Shown here piece by piece: positions 8,696-19,600 of a stretch of 42,331 nucleotides of DNA (position 1 is its first letter; each line of letters begins with the position of its first letter). Below the pieces are notes generated by a model that saw only the letters and a list, made by a program, of their open reading frames with translations, was not told the origin of the DNA and did no database searches. Source of the stretch: a bacterium (lineage in GTDB: Bacteria > SZUA-182 > DTGQ01); the NCBI GenBank assembly GCA_040752695.1, contig JBFMGO010000040.1, positions 1-42,331 on the forward strand, given 5' to 3'. The position numbers were made by a program, and so were the translations under genes.

Positions 8696-10494
8696 AAAAA
8701 ACGAACGAGTTCGGAATATAAAACATAAAAATCAATGACGTAGCGGTGGACCATATACAAGGCAATAACGAAAGCACATAAAATTGCGATGGTTAATACT
8801 ACCTTCGTCCGTCTTGCCCGAGCTATTTCCTTTGGTGTTTTCATAGCGGAAATACTGGCCAGTACCGGTATCCCCGTTATTGCCTCGAGGGTATTACAGT
8901 CTCTGATATTTTCATCAGTGAATTCGTGTAAAGTGACCAGGAATATGGCAAGCCCGCACCCTATCAAGACCCCAAGCACCATGATCAGGATACGATTCGG
9001 CTTATAGGGCTTATCCGGAAGAAAGGCAGGTTCGACCACGGTAAACCGTTCTCCGAGCTGTTCTTCTTCCATGCCCTGGGAGATTCTGGCGGATAAAAGC
9101 TTTTCCATGATTTCGTTATAGTGCATCTTGGCAGATTGATAGTCTCTGTCGAGTTCATTAAACCTCGCAGCTACTGAAGGCATGGTGCGCAGCTTTTCTT
9201 CAATATCCTGAGCCATTTTTTCGAGGTCGAGCTTTTCGACCTCCAGGGAGGCGATGGACATATCTATGCGCTCCAATTCCGCTTTTAAAGCTACATAACT
9301 CGGATTGGTCGCCTCAAGATCTTCAGATGTATCCACGTCTGTCTGCTGCTGCGACTTTTGAAATTCATCCTGCAGGGTGTCGATTTCCTTCGTAAGCTCC
9401 TTTACCGAAGGATGCTGCGGAGAATATTGTGATTTGAGCTCTATCAGTTTTATTTCGAGTTCTTTCAATCTATCCAGTGTCTGGTTATCCTGTGCCTGGT
9501 TATCCAATGTCTGGCCGCTGCCTGGCAGTGTCTGAGTCTGTCTTTTTTCGTTCAGGATGGCGGTCTCCCGCATATTTGCTTTGACGAGCGGATGTTTTCC
9601 CGAATATTGAGAAAGCAATTGCGCACGTTCCAGTTCCAATTGGGTGAGTCTCTCCCTGGGGCTGATGGTCCTCCCGCTTTCATGAGGATTTAAAAGAGCG
9701 ATTCGGTGTTTCAAGGGAATCTTCTGGTTTTCCAAAGAGCGTATTTCTATGGTAATGCTGCGCAGTTCGTTGTTAAGCTTTTCTATCTTTTGTATGTTAA
9801 AATTCATGAAATCAGGCAATTCCTCAAGATGCTCCTGCCGAAACTCCGCTATCTGCCTTTGAAGATTGTCCAATTCCCCCTTTGTATCCTTTAATTGTTC
9901 ATCGAGAAATTTCGTCGTGCTCTGGATATGTTTTTCCCGCGATTCAAGGTTTTTCTCCAGGTAGTAGGAGGAAATTTCGTTGGCAACTGCTTGAGCCTTT
10001 CTCGGATCTTCATCCTGGAAGGAAAGACTGAAGGCGATTGTCAAAAGGGTAGGGCGGTTTTGCTCCTGATGGTGAATCTCTGCATTGATGGTTTCAATGG
10101 CAATTCGATGTCTTATTTTTTCAATAAGCGTATCAATGCTGAGATATTTACGCTTTTGAGAAAAAAGATCGTATTTTCTCATAAGGCTTAAAATCCGGGA
10201 ACGTGACATGACTTCCTGGGTAATGGTCTGAATCCGCTGCTCTGCATAGCTTGTTACCGGCGATGATACAAAAACCTGAGGGATGGATTGGTTTTCTATG
10301 AGAATGGTTGCCTTGGACATGAAAATGTCGGGAAGCACCAGGGCTATGACCAAACTCAGGGCGCTTATACAAGACAGAGGGATAATAAACCACCATTTGC
10401 ACCTTACAAGGATTTTGAGCAGTTTGGCAAACTCCTGCCGCTCATCCATAGTATCGGCGCTGTATGACTTCTCTTGATTCGAAGCATTATTCAA
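8674..10494 (-). CDS. Polysaccharide co-polymerase / chain-length determinant, copy 2
   Basis: Paralog of 1597..3381 (VTSYAEQ.I..ITQ...SR.R, IAF.L.F..E.P.K, Y...HP, GERFT...P...P..PYKPNR). TTG start, with an alternative ATG at 10449. Confidence 0.9.
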   Translation of the reverse strand: MNNASNQEKSYSADTMDERQEFAKLLKILVRCKWWFIIPLSCISALSLVIALVLPDIFMSKATILIENQSIPQVFVSSPVTSYAEQRIQTITQEVMSRSRILSLMRKYDLFSQKRKYLSIDTLIEKIRHRIAIETINAEIHHQEQNRPTLLTIAFSLSFQDEDPRKAQAVANEISSYYLEKNLESREKHIQSTTKFLDEQLKDTKGELDNLQRQIAEFRQEHLEELPDFMNFNIQKIEKLNNELRSITIEIRSLENQKIPLKHRIALLNPHESGRTISPRERLTQLELERAQLLSQYSGKHPLVKANMRETAILNEKRQTQTLPGSGQTLDNQAQDNQTLDRLKELEIKLIELKSQYSPQHPSVKELTKEIDTLQDEFQKSQQQTDVDTSEDLEATNPSYVALKAELERIDMSIASLEVEKLDLEKMAQDIEEKLRTMPSVAARFNELDRDYQSAKMHYNEIMEKLLSARISQGMEEEQLGERFTVVEPAFLPDKPYKPNRILIMVLGVLIGCGLAIFLVTLHEFTDENIRDCNTLEAITGIPVLASISAMKTPKEIARARRTKVVLTIAILCAFVIALYMVHRYVIDFYVLYSELVRFFKAHSLV

Positions 10495-10534
10495 AGCAGG
10501 TTCTCACAATGATCCTACGCGCGGATTATCCGAA

Positions 10535-10606
10535 GATGTATCCACGATGTACCTGCGATGCACATACGATATACCTGCACCTGCGCTGTACCTGAAATTT
10601 ACCTGC
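10535..10606. repeat. Degenerate 11-bp tandem array (about 6 units) beginning at the stop codon of the PEP-CTERM gene
   Basis: gatgtatccac / gatgtacctgc / gatgcacatac / gatatacctgc / (acctgc) / gctgtacctga / aatttacctgc. Stop codon at 10599-10601. Confidence 0.75.
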
Positions 10607-11177
10607 ATTCTCTTCCGGACCTTTGCATGAATATTGAATTTTCGATAGAGGCATGCCTCAAGAGAAGAAGAATCAAAAGACCCAGGCCGAGAAGAATAAG
10701 GCTTGAGGGGAGAGGAACAATTGTCGTCGTTGTATAGGTATAATACACACCTTCCGGAAGTGCCTGCGAAATCAGCTTGTAGGGAAAGGGGTAGTCGTAG
10801 TTGCCATCTGGATTATCCCAGGAGCCGAGAATGGGATCCTGAATCGTAAAAGGAGTTCCTCCTTCTAATGAAAGCAGCAATCCGGATCTCAGGTACGAAG
10901 GGCTATGATAATTTGTACAATAACCGGCTACACCGCTTGATGTGATGAAAACCTTCCAGTAAGCGTCCTGCTGATCGACCGATAAAGTAACACCAGCCAG
11001 GTTCTCCCCAGCCACGTTTTCCTTTATTATGCTGCATTGAAAACCATTAATTTTCGTAAAGTCAAAGGAATCATCAAACCCGATCTTAACGGTATATGCC
11101 TGGACTGGCAATGCTTTCGACGTAAGGACCAACAGAAGTATTATGGCACAATACCATACTCCTTTTTTCACACTCAT
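10599..11177 (-). CDS. PEP-CTERM (VPLP-type) surface protein, possibly with a cohesin-like beta domain
   Basis: Signal peptide from MSVKK (ATG at 11177 with GAGGAG RBS). C-terminus TTTTTIVPLPSSLILLGLGLLILLLLRH is a VPxP motif, TM segment and weakly basic tail. Confidence 0.8.
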   Translation of the reverse strand: MSVKKGVWYCAIILLLVLTSKALPVQAYTVKIGFDDSFDFTKINGFQCSIIKENVAGENLAGVTLSVDQQDAYWKVFITSSGVAGYCTNYHSPSYLRSGLLLSLEGGTPFTIQDPILGSWDNPDGNYDYPFPYKLISQALPEGVYYTYTTTTIVPLPSSLILLGLGLLILLLLRHASIENSIFMQRSGRECR

Positions 11178-11216
11178 TGGCTTTCTCCTCACTTTTGTTT
11201 TCAAGATCCTTATCTT

Positions 11217-12038
11217 TCACTTCTTCCTTAATTGAGCTTGAATACAGTTGATATCTTGAATAGTGATAATACCGTCATTATTACAATCAACCCATTCATG
11301 TGCATCTTCGCTCTCTTGCGGTTGTCCATTATTGGCTTCGAGGTACTCTTCAACAACAGCAATATCGCCATCTTCAACCGTCCCGTTTCCATCAGCATCA
11401 CCACGCTGTATGATATTGCCGCCCGCCTCCACTGGTTGTCCTATATTCAAGGATCCGAAAGTCACGTACTTATGATCGAGCACTTTCCCTTCATTCGTAA
11501 CAAAATTGACATACTTCCCATCTCTTGCATAGCCGAGCTTCATCAACGAGGAGGAAGGTGGATCCTTTGGATGCTCATTACGCTCGAACTCGACTTTTGC
11601 CAGGAGCACCCTTTCTCCGGTAACTGCTGTCATGTTGGGATCGGTAAGATCAAGCTTTCCTACGATAATAATTACCTCTCCAGGCGTGCTGATCTTATTG
11701 GGATCGACATAGGGGTACTTTCCCTGCACATCTTTCATGAACCATACTTTTTCATTCTTGTGAGCACTTTTGAGGGATAATTGGGCTGGATCGTACTGAA
11801 GTTTCACCCCTGCACTGACCAGTTTGTAAGAATAGGTATTTGCGTAGATACTTATCCCAAGATTATTCTCTGTGTACGCCCCTTCAAGGAATACCTTTAT
11901 TGCTTCCGCTGACCATGCTGATGGTGCCATCATGGTCATTATCACCGTCATTGTCATCGTAATGATGATGCCAAGGCATGACCCCATCAGATAAGTTACC
12001 GGGACTGCACAACTTAACTTTTGTCTGTAGACTCTCAT
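11217..12038 (-). CDS. Secreted cohesin-like plus dockerin-like protein
   Basis: Signal peptide; LVSAGVKLQYDPAQL...VLLAKVEF is a cohesin-type pattern; two EF-hand-like repeats GDADGNGTVEDGD and DCNNDGIITIQD form a dockerin-type C-terminus. Confidence 0.7.
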   Translation of the reverse strand: MRVYRQKLSCAVPVTYLMGSCLGIIITMTMTVIMTMMAPSAWSAEAIKVFLEGAYTENNLGISIYANTYSYKLVSAGVKLQYDPAQLSLKSAHKNEKVWFMKDVQGKYPYVDPNKISTPGEVIIIVGKLDLTDPNMTAVTGERVLLAKVEFERNEHPKDPPSSSLMKLGYARDGKYVNFVTNEGKVLDHKYVTFGSLNIGQPVEAGGNIIQRGDADGNGTVEDGDIAVVEEYLEANNGQPQESEDAHEWVDCNNDGIITIQDINCIQAQLRKK

Positions 12039-12088
12039 CTTTTCTTCTCTTCTTTCTCCCTCTATTCAGGGTCAATGGAAGATCTTCC

Positions 12089-13585
12089 CTAAAAACAGGC
12101 ATTCAAATCGATCTGCAATACATCTACCGCAAGGGGTGGCCCATCGATCTCATCAGCAGTCAGCCAGGTAAAAGACAGCCAGGCATTTTTGGCCACTCCC
12201 AATTGGGCGTTTAAGATCCAGCCCTCGGCATTCGTTCCACCAAGATGAAAATCAGAGTCTGTAAAAGCATCGATCACGGCATCTGCTTCCAGATGCTTGA
12301 GAAAAAAAGAACAATTCCACTGCCACAAGTCTTTTACCTCACGGTGCCCAACGGATACCCCAGCCTGATACCCTTGGGTTTTTTCAGGAATATCCTGACC
12401 GGCTCTCTTCTTATAACCGGTTCTCTCATTTACCTTTTCCTTGTCGAATCCTATATTCTTCACGTAATCTGCCATCAACCGGATAATGACAGGATTAAAG
12501 AACGCGATATCGAAAGAGCCATTGATATCCAGTTGATTATAATCAGAGGCCAGAGCTAATTTTTGCTTGACGCCGGTATCAGTAATTTTTGTGTTAATAT
12601 CAAAAAGAGTATTACCCTTTTGCTGGAAGGCGGGCAGGGTATAGTCTTTCTCGTCATCAGCCTGCAAAGGCTCATTAAACTCACCTTCTATATTCTGGTA
12701 GTCATAATAGGCAACGGCAAGTTTAAATCCGAGAAGCGAGAGCCAATCATATTTTACACCGATCTGACCTCCATAAAAGTATTTATCCTTTGAAGAGAAT
12801 TCCACTTCCTGGAGAGGAAAAATACCGCCAGTGAAAAAGCCGCCTCCATTCCACCTCTTTTCAGCCTGACTTTTTTCGTCACAGGTATCGACAGTCAGGG
12901 CCAGTCCTTCTAAATTGATATCCTTGTCCCAGACAAGATCGGTGGAGTCGAACGGATTCGGTATTCTTCCAAACCAGAGTGCCGTTTTTTGGATTGGCTG
13001 CCACCTAAGGTAAGCTCTGTCAAACACGATGCCGTCTTTATTACAATAATCTCCGAGTGTCTCATTGGTCGAGACAGGCTCTTTTTCGTTGCCGGTCGTC
13101 AGGCGGGTGCCAATATCCATCCGCTCATTGACCTTTGCGATTAAGGATAGCCGCAAACGGATACGGACCCTTTTCCGGTCCTGATGGGTATTCATAATCG
13201 TATCAGGCTCTGATGGTTTCATCAGTTCGGCATTATCCTGAGAAAAGAAATCGCCTTGAAGACGAAAGCGAAAATCTTCGCTCAACTTTACATTCTTCAG
13301 CCACGCCGGTATCTTGCTTGCATTCTGCAAGGTGTTCAACAGGTTCCCTTGATCTACCAGGATCTGTTCTTCCGACAGCATTATCTTTTCTTGTGCATCC
13401 AGCTTGCGTTCGGCATTTTTAAGCCTTTCCAGAATATCTTTTATCTCCTGGGCAGTCAATTCTCCGCTGTCCCCGGTGTCAGAACTCTCTTGCGGTGTAT
13501 CACTGCATAAACCGGCGCTGAAAGAACAAAAAATGCATGTCAAAACGATAATTATTATCAAGCCTCTCTGCTTTCCCATAACCAC
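12089..13585 (-). CDS. Putative porin (Porin_5-like) with an N-terminal coiled coil
   Basis: PAWLKNVKLSEDFRFR, R.RIRLRL, RLTTG...PVSTNETLG, DLVWDKDINLEG, DSDFHLGGTNAEG, and a C-terminal Phe (IDLNACF). Confidence 0.85.
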   Translation of the reverse strand: MVMGKQRGLIIIIVLTCIFCSFSAGLCSDTPQESSDTGDSGELTAQEIKDILERLKNAERKLDAQEKIMLSEEQILVDQGNLLNTLQNASKIPAWLKNVKLSEDFRFRLQGDFFSQDNAELMKPSEPDTIMNTHQDRKRVRIRLRLSLIAKVNERMDIGTRLTTGNEKEPVSTNETLGDYCNKDGIVFDRAYLRWQPIQKTALWFGRIPNPFDSTDLVWDKDINLEGLALTVDTCDEKSQAEKRWNGGGFFTGGIFPLQEVEFSSKDKYFYGGQIGVKYDWLSLLGFKLAVAYYDYQNIEGEFNEPLQADDEKDYTLPAFQQKGNTLFDINTKITDTGVKQKLALASDYNQLDINGSFDIAFFNPVIIRLMADYVKNIGFDKEKVNERTGYKKRAGQDIPEKTQGYQAGVSVGHREVKDLWQWNCSFFLKHLEADAVIDAFTDSDFHLGGTNAEGWILNAQLGVAKNAWLSFTWLTADEIDGPPLAVDVLQIDLNACF

Positions 13586-13615
13586 CTATCCCCATAATTC
13601 CTTTCCGGTAAGATT

Positions 13616-13651
13616 ATCAGCCTCAAGCCTTCCATCAGCCTTAAGCCTTAC
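13616..13651. repeat. 18-bp tandem duplication just downstream of the TpsA stop codon
   Basis: atcagcctcaagccttcc / atcagccttaagccttac. Confidence 0.8.
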
Positions 13652-13660
13652 CTGCCATTT

Positions 13661-16600
13661 TCATTTTCCTGTACTTTTCCCATTCTCTTTCTCTTTATCT
13701 TTTTCTTTCTTGTCTTCCTTCCCTTCATCTTTCTCTTCAAATCCAATTACTTTTACATCTATATCTCCATCGAGGGAGAAAGCCTTCATCGCCTCCTTTA
13801 TCGATGTCATTCTTTTGGCAGCGGTATCCGCCACCGAAGATTCTTCGGTGAGTTTTGTTTGAGGCATCAGATTCCCGGACCCTGTCAAGGCACCGATATT
13901 TGCAGAGCTGTCTCCCACTGATGGAACCCCTGTTGAGCTCCCGGAAAAGCTGATGTTCTGAACGTTCTTATAGCTCTGTGCAGCCATGGCAACATTTCTT
14001 CCTACGATTTCCGCCTCACCGGCATCGATTTCACCTTTCGGTGCATAGAGGAAGACATCTCCTTGATCGGGTGGCCCTTTGGGACCTTCAAGCCCGTCAG
14101 GATCATAGGTTAAGGTACGGATGCCGCTGCCGACTGCGGGAGGCTCAAATTTTATCACGGCTACACCATCAATGATTTCGATCTTTGGCGGTTCGGTATT
14201 TATGGCAGTCTTTGAGCCCCTGCCGGCATTGATGTTTCCAAAATCGCTCCATATCAGAATATCTCCTCCCCTGAAGGTCATGAGCCTGGATTCATTTACA
14301 TTGACATCACTACCGGCAAAGACATTGATCTTTCCGCCTGCAGCGGTATAGATACCAGAATTCTTGAGCTTATTCTCATCAGTGGAAAACGTTGTTCTTC
14401 CTACGTTGACAATGCCCCTGGCTATGATGAAAAGATCTCCTTTTTCTCCACTTGCGTTGATCTGTGAGTCAAACAAATTAATATGACCATCTCCCGGTTT
14501 TTCCGATTGAAAGGTTGGATTGATAAGGTCTCCTCGTATTTTTTCGTTAACGTACTCTTCAGCCGGATCAGCACCTTCCTCATTGAGCAGCCTGCAATAC
14601 TCATCAGCTTTCGGTTTCAATTCGTTAAAAAAGGTATTGATTTTATCATTGTCCATATCAAGGTCATAACCACTGACAACAGCCAGTGAACTCTTTTTCT
14701 GACCAAGTGCAGGATTATAATAGTGCCCCACTGACTGAATTCCTCTGCTGACGCCAAGATCGATGCTGTTTCCAGCCTGAACAAGGAGGAACCCCGGACC
14801 GCCATGCTCGATCCCTGTGACACCATTAACAAGCGACGAGGAACTGAAGGTGATATCCGCTCCTGCCCTGATATGTGAGGTATCTTCTGGCAGAATATTC
14901 TGGCCTTGATACCAGATATCACTGATATTCCGAAAAGCGTCAATTTCCGCCTTTTTCGGTAAAACAAAATTTACATCCCTGATGTCACCACCATCCTCTC
15001 CGTCTTCAAGAGCAGCACCAGCCAGCTTATAGGCGGCACCAGCCTGAATGCTGACAGGAACCGGATCGTCTTCATGAATCGGATTGTCCGCATGTTGTGA
15101 TGGTGAAGTTATCTTGATGGCAATAGTATTTTTATTATCAGGGTGTCTGCCAAACACTTCCCCAGGATCAAGGTCCGAGAGGAGAATTGACGAGCGCTTA
15201 AATTGACCATTGTAATATAATCCATCGATATCTCTTCCGGCCTTCAATACGAGGTTTCCCGTTTTGGAAGGTGCCAGGCAAAAATCGCCGGATAAACGAA
15301 TGTCCCTTTGAGCATACACTTCCAGCGTGGGAGGGAGGATGGTATTTCTTATATTCGAGGGATTTCCAACAAGGTTGCCGATATTACCTGAAATATTCAC
15401 ATCTTCGGTCAGAGCCCTCAGGGTAACTCGTGATTCGGGAGAATAGGTGAGATTCCACTGAGCATCACCGTTAAAACCGTCCCGTACTATGCTGGGATTT
15501 ACTATCGTGCCTAATTTGATATTCCCCTGGGCAATCAGGGACATCTTCGAATCGAAAACTTCCAGGGTGAGATCATCCTGGTTATGGAGGGCACTATTGG
15601 CTCCGATATTCCCCATGGCAGAGTAATATCCCTCCCCCTGCTTTACTAAAAACTTTCCATATATATCTCCGCCTGAAAAGATGGCAACATCACCTGGGCC
15701 AAAAGCCCCGATCTGGCCGAGAAAATCTCCACCTGTTGAGACTCTCAGATTGCCCCCGCCCATAGTTGCCAGTCCCTGAGTAGATTTATCTCTGTCATAG
15801 CTTGCCGACCAGGCAGTTACACCTTCCTTTGGGTCATTATATGCATTATCCCATGATGTTTTATTCAGACGATCACCAATACTTCCACCTACATCGATAT
15901 TTATGTCACCACCATTGGTATACTTCCAATACGAACTTTTTTCAGATTCGGAAGGAGGTTCTCCCACAGTGCGTATCGAGCCAAGAAGATCCGATTTGGA
16001 CAGTTGGCTATAATAGGAAATCAAATGGAGATCCTTCCCGATTTCAATCTGAATGTCTCCCGTTCTGGTCTGGATAGCCCCACCTGTAATTTCCAGCGAA
16101 CCCGTAACCATACCGTGTATCCGGTTATTTTCCGAAGCTATATTAAAGGGAATCTTATTGAAAGGAGTAATTTCTATATCTTGGAACATCACAGAACTTC
16201 TACCGAGACGCCCTATTATGGTATCGTTGCCGGAGGCAAAAGAAATAGGTGCATATTTCGTATAAACTGCCTTTTCGTCTGCTATAATCAGGTTTCCTTT
16301 TCCCTTGATTACAGCCAGAGGATCGGCACTTGCCGAATCCGCACCTGCTGCCAGATTCAATCGCCAGGAGGAATCGCCAGTTATCTTTTTGTCAAAAAGG
16401 TTACCGTTAATGTTCAGATTATCACCTGCCCTCAGGAAAAGCGTTCCTGGTTCCAGGGGAGGAGTTCCTGGTTCTTCATGATACCAGTCGTTGAGATTCC
16501 AGTCTGAAGAAAGGGACAATGAACCATTATCGGATATTTCTATTCCAGGACGAATATGGAGTGTATTATCGTCATCAAGGGACAGGATGCCGTCTGCAAG

Positions 16601-19600
16601 AAGCCTGTCCTTTATACTGGCGGTGTTTACAGTCATAAAGGTTTTCGTATCTGAAGCTATGGCATCGCGATTGATTATCGTGCCATCTTCACTGATAAAG
16701 TCAGCCCCGCCGTACACCTTGACAGGCTCGACAATAACCTCGGAGGCTCCCTGCACCGTTGTCTTTTGCACATTCAGCCGGACCTCTCCTTCCTGGTCCT
16801 GGCGGAGAGCGCGGAAGGTAACTTCTTCTGCGTCAATGAGGACATTTTTTGATTCTGTCCCTTTCAGAATCAAATCCCCTTGAGCTGTACTCAGGATAAC
16901 CTCTCCACCTGGAGTAAAAATTCCAGTTGTTTCATCTCCGGTCTGGTCGATGGCGCTGGCATCCAGGGCAAGATTACCAAGGCTATACAGTTCCACTCTC
17001 CCTGTTTCAGACCCTTCAGAAGGGGCTTTGATTGTGCCAAAAACATCGAGCTTCCCACCATCGGCTACTACCTTAACCGTGTGGGCCATCATCTGTGTAT
17101 CCTCTGGCAGTGTTATATCGCCACTGCGGAAACGAAGGTCGATCGAGTGGTCAAAGCCGCCGCTTTTCACCTTGTCGTTCAGTTGAGAAAGATCGACTTT
17201 ACCTTCCACGATGCCGAATCGGTCTGCATCGAGAATGAATCTGCCACCAAGACCTTTCGTGGTCTCTTCTTCCTCTGTTTCTTTTTCTCCGGCATCTCCT
17301 TTTATATCACCATCGAGAACGACCGTTCCTTTGGGTGCATACAGGCTGAGGGTTCCCGCATCGCCCTGAGCGCCCGCTGAGACATCAATGAGTGTGTTAT
17401 CCGCCATATCTATTTGTCCCACTTCGGTGGAGAGGGAAACCTTTCCTCCAGAAGCATAATCACTTCCCTGAGCTAAAATTTGAGAGTGGTCTTTGAGAAA
17501 AATCCCCTGGCCTTCACCGGAACCATTGCCATGAAGGGTAATCTGACCGCTTTGGACCTCGATAATTCCTTTGTTCAGGATGATATCGTTGGCTGAGATG
17601 TTCAGGGTTCCTCCTGGAACGGTACTCTCACCTTTCGTTCCTTCACTGTTCCCGTTTATGGTTACCTTGCCGGCCGGTGCATTAATCGTGAAGCGGGCGA
17701 CTTCATAAGGCAGATCTTGATTCTGGGGAGAAAGCTTTTTGTCCAGATAAGGAGATGTAGTCACCCGCGCTGCGGTGATATTCAATTCATCTCCCTTGGC
17801 GGTAATAGATCCAATTCCGCTGAGGGTCAGGTTATTTTTGCTCTTGAGATCGATTATCCTGAAACCTTCAAGAAAAATATCTCCATTTCCGATGACGATC
17901 TCTTCAGCATCGAGGGACAGGGTACCGGTATTCGACAGGGTGCTTCCAGTACCTGGAAGGTTGTCGGTGGTATTCAGAAGGCTTATTTTTTTGAGAGGGA
18001 CATAACGAACGGTATCTCCCTCGGTAATTTCCCGACCGGTAATCTTAACGGTGAGTTCATCGGCAGGAAGGTCGGTAATCTCAAGAAGCCCGGTAATCTT
18101 TGGTGTGTCAAGAGTCAGGAAAACATCGCCTAAATGAAATTCAAGTGCTTTTTGAAAAACCAGTTCCGTGCGGCCGGTAAGGATAATATGCGTAAAGCCT
18201 TTGGTAATGCGGTTGAGCTCCTCGGGAGTGAAAGCAAAATCGGTTTCGTTCTGCTGCAAAGAAAGATCAGACACGATTGCAATCCGGTCACTCATCAGGT
18301 TCAGGGTGCTGCTCTTTACCTGAATATTATCTGTACTTGCAACGGTAAGGTTCTGACATTCCAGGTTGAGAGCATGACTTGACTCCAAAAGGGCATCCTT
18401 CGCAATGGTTACCTTCCCCTTTGGGGATATCAGGCTTATATGTCCTTCATTTTCTGGGATGTGTCCTTCAGCATCCTTTTGCGCTTCTGCATTCAGTTGT
18501 GCGCCTGGCTGTACGGTAATTCCCTTCGTTGCAGACAGGGTAAGGTTTGTCCCAAAAAGATGGGCCCCCTCCTGCACCGTGATATACTCGGTCCCCTGAT
18601 ATTCTTCCCCATTCTTCTCAATATGGCCAAGGGAGATTTCCTTGAATCCCTTTGCCGAAAGCGCGCTGACATCGACATACAGTTTATCCTTCAAATCCTC
18701 GGGTATTTGGTCATCGAAGGAAAATTCAGGGAGCAGTGCATTATAGCTTTGCCCGATAAAAATCGTTTTGCCACTCAGTTCGATCAGGTTTCCTTCATAT
18801 GATATCTCTGGATGCTCTGGATCCTGGAAGGGTTTTCCGCTCATGGCTCCTTCCAGAATGGAAGTGTCTCCTTTGATGGAAATCCTGCCGGCATCTCCTG
18901 CTGTCATTTGAAATTGATTGAAATATCCTTCAGCGTCTCCGGCTGTCATTTTTATTTGCATGGTGCTGAGGTTTCCTTCCTGCTTTGCCGTTATCTCCTT
19001 TTCTCCCGTGCTTACCGCGTAAAGGTGCGGAACGTTTTCTGTGTACCCGCTGTCGCGTATGGTCGGAAATCCCCTGGTCACCGGACTTCCTCCATTTGAA
19101 CGCAAAGAGGTATCATAGGCATGATAGACACCAAGATCGGTAATAATCATTGCGCCTGGCAAGAATGCAAATTCCTCGGGCAGAAGTGAATAGACCCCTT
19201 CGGATACTCCTGAAACTCCCTCAAGGTATATGGCCCTTCCCGGCCGCACAATGCTGTTGTCAGGGAAAATGACATATCGCCCTTCCCTTGAAAGAGGATT
19301 TTCCGTACCCTCAATGCCTGGCAAAAACTGATAGGCAAATATCGATCCACCACCATCAACGGAAATCTGTGCACCGGCATCAAGAATAACCTCGGATCCA
19401 TTCAGGGATACTGAATCATGAGGTATCAGAGCTTCCTGGGTCTTATTCGGGTTTGCTTTATCACTCTTATCAGGAATGGTCCATGAGGAAATGGAGAGTT
19501 CTCCATAATTAACCGGGGTTTCCCCCGTTGTGGTTATTTTACTTCCAGCAGCCAGATATATCCGATCTGTTGCCTCACCAGTCTCTTCTGTCTGACAGAG

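Noticed and set aside
13661..14400. TpsA as a CDI or polymorphic toxin
   Set aside because: No VENN or pre-toxin motif and no small downstream immunity gene. The C-terminus is DUF3739-like plus a charged tail, and the next gene is a porin.
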